From Candidatus Woesearchaeota archaeon (GTDB taxonomy: Archaea; Nanobdellota; Nanobdellia; Woesearchaeales; GW2011-AR15): 24,000 nt of DNA. The position numbers were made by a program, and so were the translations under genes. Each line of letters begins with the position of its first letter. The stretch's first letter is position 1. Location: positions 19,156 to 43,155 of the forward strand of contig JAVZBY010000009.1 of NCBI GenBank assembly GCA_038874655.1. Direction: 5' to 3'. Shown here in pieces: positions 17,309 to 24,000 of the stretch. The notes beneath the pieces are model-generated. The model was not told where the DNA came from. It saw only the letters and a list, made by a program, of their open reading frames with translations, and did not search any database.

Positions 17309-17467
17309 TCAATTTTTCTTATGATTTTGATAACATGTCCTACAATAGACAGGTTTGCCTTCTATAGGTTTAAAAGGAACTTCTGTTTCCTGACCACAGT
17401 CAGAGCAAATTGCTTTATGCATTTGCCTGTTGAAGTTTCTAAAACCTTGGCTTTTCATATATGCCAT
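17309..17467 (-). CDS. Small zinc-ribbon protein with two CxxC pairs (52 aa)
   Basis: MAYMKSQGFRNFNRQMHKAICSDCGQETEVPFKPIEGKPVYCRTCYQNHKKN*. GGTGAA lies 3 nt upstream of the ATG. The track lists only the antisense ORF 17288..17503. Confidence 0.85.
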   Translation of the reverse strand: MAYMKSQGFRNFNRQMHKAICSDCGQETEVPFKPIEGKPVYCRTCYQNHKKN

Positions 17468-17681
17468 TATTTCACCTTATATATATTTAATGAAAATTCA
17501 TAACCTAACTAACTCTTATAGAATTAGCTGTTATAAATTATCACAAATTAATGAAAAAGAGAGATATTTATAAATGTATTTAAATTGCATTTTTTCTAAT
17601 TATAGAAAATAATTTAAATTATTTTAGTTTTCGGCTTATATAAAAACCTTATAAAAAAATTGTTAAAGATATTATTAAAAT

Positions 17682-17777
17682 GGGACCTTAGCTCAGCCTG
17701 GGAGAGCACTACGCTGAAGATAAAATATTATAAAATCTGAAACGTAGGTGTCCGGGATTCAAATTCCCGAGGTCCCA
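17682..17777 (+). tRNA. tRNA-Phe(GAA), with a 22-nt intron at 37/38 (about 17720-17741)
   Basis: Acceptor GGGACCT/AGGTCCC plus A73. Anticodon stem CTACG/CGTAG, loop CTGAAG|A. T arm CGGGA TTCAAAT TCCCG. Confidence 0.93.
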
Positions 17778-17809
17778 TCTATTATTATAAAATTTAATGA
17801 AATAAATAA

Positions 17810-17907
17810 GGGCCCATAGCTTAGCCTGGTGGAGCGCTCGACTGATATCCAAAAGCTATAAAAGGCAAGAAATCGAGAGGTCGCCAGTTCAAATCTGGTT
17901 GGGCCCA
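17810..17907 (+). tRNA. tRNA-Ile(GAT), with a 24-nt intron at 37/38 (about 17848-17871)
   Basis: Acceptor GGGCCCA/TGGGCCC plus A73. Anticodon stem CTCGA/TCGAG, loop CTGATA|A. T arm GCCAG TTCAAAT CTGGT. Confidence 0.93.
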
Positions 17908-18003
17908 CTTTTTTATTTGTGAATTTTTTATTTTATATTTTCTTATTATTATAAAATGTTTTAAGAAAATTATAAAAAAATAAGATTATTTATTTTTATT
18001 ATA

Positions 18004-18441
18004 ATGTCTTTAATTATAATTTCTGTTGGAAAATTAAAAAATAATTTCATAAAAGAACTTATAAAGGATTATTTAAAAAGATTGAACAAACTGAAAATTG
18101 AATTTATTGAAATTAAAGAAACTAATCCAATAAAAGAAAAAGAAGATATATTAAATAAAATTACTAAAATAGACAATAAGAATATTTTTTTACTTAGTGA
18201 GGAAGGTAAATTATTGGATTCCTATGGATTTACAAATATTTTAAAAGATAGTTTACTAAATAATACAAATTTAGTATTTGTTATAGGGAATTATTATGGA
18301 ATTGATATTTCCTTAAAAGAGAAATTTCCAATTTTATCTCTATCAAAAATGACATTCACTCATGAAATAGCAAGGTTATTGCTAATAGAACAAATTTACA
18401 GAGCATATACAATAATAAATAATCTTCCCTACCATAAATAA
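18004..18441 (+). CDS. rlmH: 23S rRNA (pseudouridine1915-N3)-methyltransferase RlmH-like SPOUT protein
   Basis: IIISVGKLKNNFIKELIKDYLKRL, NIFLLSEEGKLLDSYGF, LVFVIGNYYGID, and C-terminal LSLSKMTFTHEIARLLLIEQIYRAYTIINNLPYHK, which is the family signature. Confidence 0.93.
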   Translation: MSLIIISVGKLKNNFIKELIKDYLKRLNKLKIEFIEIKETNPIKEKEDILNKITKIDNKNIFLLSEEGKLLDSYGFTNILKDSLLNNTNLVFVIGNYYGIDISLKEKFPILSLSKMTFTHEIARLLLIEQIYRAYTIINNLPYHK

Positions 18442-18557
18442 GAATTAATATTATAATAAATTATAAGTTAATATCTTCACTGATTTTGTTATAATTTATA
18501 TAATCTTTTTGTATTATAACAATTAAGTTTTTTAATTTATTTAAAATCCCAATATTA

Positions 18558-19559
18558 ATGAGTAATATTTCAAAGGATTCAAAAAATAGTTTCATGATTA
18601 TATTAAATTTTTTTTTTATGATTTTTATATTTTTATTAATATTGAGAAGTGTAAATCCTATAGAAGATGCTAAAATTTATTCAATTTCTGCAACATATAA
18701 AATTAATGTAAATAATTCTGTGGAAGAATCTATAAACTACACATTAAGCTCTTCTATTAATAAAAGTTTAATCAAGATTTCCAAAGAATTTAGTGATTTA
18801 AGTATTAATGATGGAGTTAATGAATTAAACTACACTATAATCCCAAGTGAAAAATATAATATTATTAATCTTACTTTAAATAATACTGTAAAGCTCAATT
18901 TAAAATATGTTGCTTTAAATGAGATATTTCAAAAGAATAATGTTAATTTATTTTACACTAATTTTGATTTTAAAGAGCCTATAACAAAAGTGGATATTAA
19001 ATTTATACTCCCAAAGGGTTATTCAATATATAAAGAAGAATATTCTCCAAAAGATGCTAATATTGTTAGCGATGGTAATAACATTTTAATAATATGGACA
19101 AAAGGTGCTTATAAAAGTATGACTTATTCCGTTAGTTATTATAATCCGTTTTTGGAAGAAAATTTAAATAATTCTACAACTGAACAAAATAATCAAGAAG
19201 AATTATCAGAGATAGTTAAAATTTTTAATTTTATAAAAAACAATATTAGAAAATTGATAATTTTCATTTTAGGATTGCCCCTATTTTTTATTTTATTTAT
19301 ATTGTCAATAACTCTTTTTATTATTAAAAAATTTAAGAAAAATACTAATGAATTACTTTTAAAAGGATTTATGGAAGATGAGCAGAGAGCAATTTTATAT
19401 TTACAAAAAAATAGGGTTGTATGGCAAAATAAACTGAGAAAGGATTTAAACTTAAGTAGAGTAAAAACAACTAGAATAATAAAAAAATTAGAAGCTCAAG
19501 GTTTAATTAGAAAAGAAGATTTTGGAAAAACTAACAAGATTTTCTGGAATAGCAAATAG
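18558..19559 (+). CDS. Membrane-anchored protein with extracytoplasmic beta-rich domain and cytoplasmic C-terminal winged HTH
   Basis: N-terminal TM FMIILNFFFMIFIFLLILRSV, extracellular-like domain, second TM LIIFILGLPLFFILFILSITLFII, then wHTH MEDEQRAILYLQKNRVVWQNKLRKDLNLSRVKTTRIIKKLEAQGLIRKEDFGKTNKIFWNSK. Confidence 0.75.
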   Translation: MSNISKDSKNSFMIILNFFFMIFIFLLILRSVNPIEDAKIYSISATYKINVNNSVEESINYTLSSSINKSLIKISKEFSDLSINDGVNELNYTIIPSEKYNIINLTLNNTVKLNLKYVALNEIFQKNNVNLFYTNFDFKEPITKVDIKFILPKGYSIYKEEYSPKDANIVSDGNNILIIWTKGAYKSMTYSVSYYNPFLEENLNNSTTEQNNQEELSEIVKIFNFIKNNIRKLIIFILGLPLFFILFILSITLFIIKKFKKNTNELLLKGFMEDEQRAILYLQKNRVVWQNKLRKDLNLSRVKTTRIIKKLEAQGLIRKEDFGKTNKIFWNSK

Positions 19560-19646
19560 TTAAAAGAAATATTTTTTATTATTGTTTCTTATTGTTTCAG
19601 TAAAAAAATATCTATTTGCAACAATTTCTTGTTATAGGTGATATTC

Positions 19647-19787
19647 ATGAATAAATTAAAACTACTTGTAAAAAAATTAAAAAATAGTTTATTAAAAAAT
19701 GAAGAAATTGATGCTATAACAATTATTGAATTAGAAGAATTAGGTTTTAAAATTTATCCGCCAACACAATACCCTGAAAAAAACTAA
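19647..19787 (+). CDS. Small hypothetical protein (46 aa)
   Basis: MNKLKLLVKKLKNSLLKNEEIDAITIIELEELGFKIYPPTQYPEKN*. SD-like GGTGAT at 19637-19642, 4 nt before the ATG. Confidence 0.45.
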   Translation: MNKLKLLVKKLKNSLLKNEEIDAITIIELEELGFKIYPPTQYPEKN

Positions 19788-19940
19788 ATATTAAAAGATA
19801 TTAAAAACTGAAATATGACATTTTTTTGATAAGAATGGTTTTATAAGAGTAGTAGTTTTATAAGAATAGTTTTTGGTATTTTATATTTATGTAATCTAAA
19901 ATAGTTAATATTTTATAAGAAAAATTTTTCTTTTAGTTAG

Positions 19941-21569
19941 ATGAGTGAAATTGAGGATATTAGTGATAATGCAACTATTAACTTAGTTTTAGACACATTG
20001 AAAAAAAATAAACAAGCATTAGTTTTTTGCAATACTAGGAAAAGCGCAGAAGCCACTGCTGAAAAGATTTCTAAATATATAAAAAATTTTGATAAAAATT
20101 TAGAAAATGAATGGCTTAATATAAGTGAATCTGCATTAAATGTTTTAAGCACACCTACAAAACAATGCCAAAGATTAGCTTTATGCTTAAAGAAAGGAAT
20201 TGCTTTTCACCATGCTGGATTACATTCTGAACAAAGAGCAATAGTTGAAAATAATTTTAGAAAAGGATTAATTAAAGTAATATGTGCTACACCAACTTTA
20301 GCTTATGGCTTAAATTTACCTGCGTTTAGAGCAATTATTAAAGATTTAAAGAGGTATGGTGGTAAATGGGGAATGGAATGGATCCCAACTTTAGAGTATC
20401 ACCAAATGGCAGGAAGAGCAGGAAGACCAGATTTTAATGATAAGTATGGTGAAGCTATATGTATAGCTAATAATGAAAAAGAGATTGATGAAATCTTAAA
20501 CAGGTTTATTAATGCACCACCTGAAAAAATTTATTCTAAGTTAGCTGTTGAACCAGTTTTGAGAACTTATTGTTTAAGTTTAATTGCTACAGATTATTGC
20601 AAAACTAAAGAAGATTTAATTAATTTTTTTGAAAAAACTTTTTATGGAAAACAATATGGAGATATGGAAAGATTAGCTAAAATAATTGATAAAATTTTAA
20701 ATTATTTAGAAGAATGGGAATTTATTATACTTCCTGATAAAAATAATGATTATGAATTGTCTAAAAAAGCAAGTAATTTAATTAGAGAAAGTGAGTTTAT
20801 ATCTGCTAATGATATTTTAAAAAATGAATATAATAATAAGGAAATAATTAAAATAACTAAGTTAGGACAAAGAGTTTCAGAACTTTATATAGATCCTTAT
20901 ACTGCAAATTTTATAATAACTTCTCTGAGAAGAGCAACAGGATTAAAAGTAAATGAATACTCTTTTATTCAAATGATTTCTTCTACTTTAGAATTAAGAC
21001 CCTTACCTAGTTTAAGAATGTCCGAGATAGAGGAGATTGAAAGTAAAATTGATGACTTAAATCTGATTATAAATAAACCTGATTATTTTGATGCTGATTA
21101 TGATGAGTTTTTAAAATCTATGAAATTAACTTATGCATTAATTGATTGGATGGAAGAAAAGACAGAAGATGATATATTAAACAAATATAATATTGCTCCT
21201 GGAGAATTAAATGTAAAAAAAGAATTAGCAGATTGGATATTATTTTCAACAGAGGAGTTATGTCATTTACTAGGTTTTATGGATATATTAAAAATAATAA
21301 AAAAAGCTAGATATAGGCTAGATAAAGGTATAAAAGAAGAATTAATACCTTTAACAAGATTAACAGGAATTGGTAGAGTTAGAGCAAGAATATTATTTAA
21401 AAACGGAATTAAAGATATTGGAGATATTAAAAAAACAGACTTAAATATTTTAACTCAATTAGTTGGAAAAAAGATTGCTGAAAATTTGAAAAATGAAACA
21501 GGAGACTTAAAAGAACCTATATCTGAAAGCAAAAGAAAAGGACAACTAAGTTTAGGAAAGTTTGATTAA
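19941..21569 (+). CDS. Hel308/Ski2-like superfamily 2 helicase lacking the N-terminal RecA1 domain
   Basis: RecA2 motifs present: KQALVFCNTRKSAEATAEKI, LIKVICATPTLAYGLNLPAFRAII, EYHQMAGRAGRPDFNDKYGEAICI. These are followed by wHTH/ratchet domains and a C-terminal HhH (LTRLTGIGRVRARILFKNGIKDIGDI). No Walker A or DExH motif is in the ORF. Confidence 0.9.
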   Translation: MSEIEDISDNATINLVLDTLKKNKQALVFCNTRKSAEATAEKISKYIKNFDKNLENEWLNISESALNVLSTPTKQCQRLALCLKKGIAFHHAGLHSEQRAIVENNFRKGLIKVICATPTLAYGLNLPAFRAIIKDLKRYGGKWGMEWIPTLEYHQMAGRAGRPDFNDKYGEAICIANNEKEIDEILNRFINAPPEKIYSKLAVEPVLRTYCLSLIATDYCKTKEDLINFFEKTFYGKQYGDMERLAKIIDKILNYLEEWEFIILPDKNNDYELSKKASNLIRESEFISANDILKNEYNNKEIIKITKLGQRVSELYIDPYTANFIITSLRRATGLKVNEYSFIQMISSTLELRPLPSLRMSEIEEIESKIDDLNLIINKPDYFDADYDEFLKSMKLTYALIDWMEEKTEDDILNKYNIAPGELNVKKELADWILFSTEELCHLLGFMDILKIIKKARYRLDKGIKEELIPLTRLTGIGRVRARILFKNGIKDIGDIKKTDLNILTQLVGKKIAENLKNETGDLKEPISESKRKGQLSLGKFD

Positions 21570-21613
21570 ATAAGTTAATTAGATTTTTATTTTTATTTTA
21601 TTTGCTAATTATT

Positions 21614-22846
21614 ATGCAACCTGTTATTGTTGGCATTGATCCTGGAACAACTAGTGCTTTTGCTATTTTGAGTTTTGATTTTAAAGTATTAAAAGTAAAA
21701 TCAAAGAAGAATTATTCTTTTCCTAGTTTAATATATGATATTTATAAATTTGGACTTCCAATTATTGTTGCAACAGATAAAAAGGATATTCCTTCTTTTA
21801 TAAAAGAATTTTCTCAAAAAACAGGGGCCAAGATTTATAATCCTAAATATGATACTAAAAAAGGTGAAAAACATTCTATTGTAAAAGAAAAAGGTTTTCT
21901 TGATTATTGTAAAAATACACATGAAACAGATGCTTTAGCAAGTGCCTTATTTGCTTATAGAGAATATTATCCAATAATAAGGAAAATAAAGAATTATGTA
22001 GAAGAAAATAAAAAACATAATTTAAAGGATTTGTTAATTATAAAAGTTTTAAATGAAGATAAAAATATAACAAAGGCTGTTAATGAATTAGAAAAAAAGA
22101 CAGAAACAAAAAAAATTGAAGTAAAGAAAATAAAAGAAATTATAAATAATGTATTGACAAAAGAAGAAAAAGAAGTATATTTACTTAAGAAAACAATTGA
22201 CAAACTAAGATTTGAAATTGAAACATTGAAAAAGGAAAATAAAGTATTAAAAGAAAAAAGAATTGACATAAATGAGGAAATAAAAAAAATAATTTCTTTT
22301 AAAGAAAAAAAAGCACTATCATTAATAAAAGAAAATAATTTTTTAAGAGAGAGAATTAAAGAAAAAAATATAAAAATTAGAGAGTTAAATGAATTTATAT
22401 TAAAAACAAAAAATTCTGTTTTAGTAAAAAAATTGAAAAATTTAAGCAATGTTGAATATGAAAAGAAAAAAGATATTTTAAAAATTGAAAAAGATGATAT
22501 TATTTTTATTGAAAATTTTGATTCCTTTAGTGAAAATGTTTTTAATAATCTAAAAGAAAATATAAAATTTATATTATATAATAGTAAAAAAGTTAGTATA
22601 GAGAACGATTTAAAATATAATTTAAAAGATTCAAAAAATAATATTATTGAAGTTTTAAAAAAATATTTTTTTTTAATAGATATTAATAAATTTACTTTTT
22701 ATGAAAATGAGAATTTTGTATTAATAAATAAAGATGAATTTAAAATAATATCAAAAAAATTAATAAATGAGACTAATAAAAATGATTTACTTAAAGAGAT
22801 CATAGAAAATTATAAACAAGAAAGAAAAAAAGAGTTGTTTGAGTGA
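21614..22846 (+). CDS. DUF460 (COG2433-type) protein: RNase H-like fold with coiled coil
   Basis: MQPVIVGIDPGTTSAFAILSFDFKVLKVKSKKNYS...PIIVATDKKDIPSFIKEFSQKTGAKIYNPKYDTKKGEKHSIVKEK...HETDALASALFAYREY, followed by a long coiled coil. The track start at 21602 is a TTG; ATG at 21614 is preferred. Confidence 0.88.
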   Translation: MQPVIVGIDPGTTSAFAILSFDFKVLKVKSKKNYSFPSLIYDIYKFGLPIIVATDKKDIPSFIKEFSQKTGAKIYNPKYDTKKGEKHSIVKEKGFLDYCKNTHETDALASALFAYREYYPIIRKIKNYVEENKKHNLKDLLIIKVLNEDKNITKAVNELEKKTETKKIEVKKIKEIINNVLTKEEKEVYLLKKTIDKLRFEIETLKKENKVLKEKRIDINEEIKKIISFKEKKALSLIKENNFLRERIKEKNIKIRELNEFILKTKNSVLVKKLKNLSNVEYEKKKDILKIEKDDIIFIENFDSFSENVFNNLKENIKFILYNSKKVSIENDLKYNLKDSKNNIIEVLKKYFFLIDINKFTFYENENFVLINKDEFKIISKKLINETNKNDLLKEIIENYKQERKKELFE

Positions 22847-22883
22847 TAGGAAAATTATAAAATAAAATTATAAAAAGTATGTA

Positions 22884-23852
22884 TTAATTGAGTAAATAAT
22901 AAATTCCCTCATCAAAAATAACTTTAACATTTTGTCCTAATTTAAATTCATAAGTTTCTATGTTTCTTAGTGTGTTTTTCACTGGCACACTTTGATATGT
23001 TTCCAAATCCATTATTTCTAGGTTTGGATAAACTTTTGTTATTTTAGTTTTATTTTTAGGGATGATTTGTATTTCTCTTTTATCAATTTTTTCTAATGAT
23101 TTCAGTGTTGTTTTTTTTCCTGTTTTTAAATCAATTGCATTTATTTCTTTTTGAACATTGGTTAAATAATAAAGATTATTCTCTATTTTTAAAACATCTC
23201 CTTTTTTATATTCTGGAGCTTCGTATAAAGCATTTACTCTATAGATTTGCTTACTTGTTAATCTATCTTGTGTAAATTGTCTAACGCTGATTTTAAGTTT
23301 GCCACCAAAATTTTTTTTTAAGTTTTGTGCTAAATTTTGTAGTTTTTTTTGATCAGAAATATCTAAGTCATAACCTGTTTCATTTTTTCTTTTATTTGCT
23401 ATTTTTAAATTATGGTTTTGAATATATTTTTCTATATAGTCTATAATTTCATCATTACTATTTCTTATTTGTAAGGTGCCTTCATAATATTTACTATGAG
23501 TTTTTGAACATTTTTCACAATAAGTATAATAAATTTGGGCAGGTATTAAAAATAAATTATTATTTTTTATTGCTTGAATTTCTATATTATATTTTAGTCC
23601 TGGTTTTTTTTGCTCTATCTTGTCAAAATCAATATTTGATAAATCAATTTCAACATTATCCTTTATTTTATCCTTTGCTATTTTTACTATTGCTTCATTT
23701 ATTTCTAAAGAAATCCATTTATTGTTTTTAAAAAATTTGCCACAATTTGCACATATTTTAATAATGATTTCCTTTGCTTTTATATCTTCTATAGGTTTAC
23801 ATTCCTCACAAAACCCATTTGATTTTTTTCCGCAGACAGGACAAAAGCTCAT
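22884..23852 (-). CDS. nmd3: Archaeal NMD3 family protein (ribosome-associated)
   Basis: N-terminal double zinc-binding region MSFCPVCGKKSNGFCEECKPIE...IKICANCGKFFKNNKWI, then YCEKCSKTHSKYYEGTLQIR, typical of NMD3. Confidence 0.9.
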   Translation of the reverse strand: MSFCPVCGKKSNGFCEECKPIEDIKAKEIIIKICANCGKFFKNNKWISLEINEAIVKIAKDKIKDNVEIDLSNIDFDKIEQKKPGLKYNIEIQAIKNNNLFLIPAQIYYTYCEKCSKTHSKYYEGTLQIRNSNDEIIDYIEKYIQNHNLKIANKRKNETGYDLDISDQKKLQNLAQNLKKNFGGKLKISVRQFTQDRLTSKQIYRVNALYEAPEYKKGDVLKIENNLYYLTNVQKEINAIDLKTGKKTTLKSLEKIDKREIQIIPKNKTKITKVYPNLEIMDLETYQSVPVKNTLRNIETYEFKLGQNVKVIFDEGIYYLLN

Positions 23853-23936
23853 ATTAAAGAAAAAATTGTTTATATTTAATAAGTTTAATATTTTTATAAC
23901 AAAATTTATTTAAATGAAAAGTGTTTCTTTTGAACT

Positions 23937-24000
23937 ATGCTATTCAGAACATTAGGAACTTTGGATTTCATAACTGTTTTAGTTTTAATAGGTGCAGCAA
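23937..24000 (+). CDS. Start of a possible hydrophobic protein, truncated at window edge
   Basis: ATG at 23937 opens MLFRTLGTLDFITVLVLIGAA, continuing past the window edge. Confidence 0.4.
   Translation, partial: MLFRTLGTLDFITVLVLIGAA

Noticed and set aside
21728-23913. ORFs 21728..21922, 21994..22449, 23504..23731 and 23620..23913
   Set aside because: They are antisense to the DUF460 coiled-coil gene and NMD3, both strongly supported, and have Phe/Leu-rich antisense composition.

Overview
The window is an AT-rich archaeal segment. Topoisomerase VI, archaeal-type NMD3, DUF460, and tRNA introns at position 37/38 all support Archaea, and a DPANN-type lineage is plausible but inferred. Supported genes include: phosphoglycerate kinase (truncated by the left edge and absent from the ORF track); a ferritin-like/VIT1-type metal transporter; a CARF-like plus wHTH regulator; Top6B and Top6A; a DUF431/Sfm1-like SPOUT protein; a Kazal-domain lipoprotein; a circularly permuted GTPase; a ~1411 aa secreted multidomain surface protein; RlmH; a membrane-anchored wHTH protein; a Hel308-like helicase that lacks the first RecA domain; a DUF460 protein; and NMD3. 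I read six tRNAs by hand, five of them with introns at 37/38. No CRISPR array, intact transposon or phage module is visible. The most interesting signals are: (1) a 32-bp exact duplication of the tRNA-Ser 3' end plus T8 tract, exactly 100 bp downstream, with three consecutive perfect hairpins between the copies; (2) the Hel308-like ORF with no Walker A/DExH domain; (3) a tRNA-Thr with altered elbow nucleotides; (4) a ConA/LamG-like domain apparently nested inside a thrombospondin type 3 repeat; (5) a Kef/ZIP chimeric remnant; and (6) two loci that a single 1-nt change would extend or repair. I do not see convincing evidence for a complete new multi-gene defence or mobile system.
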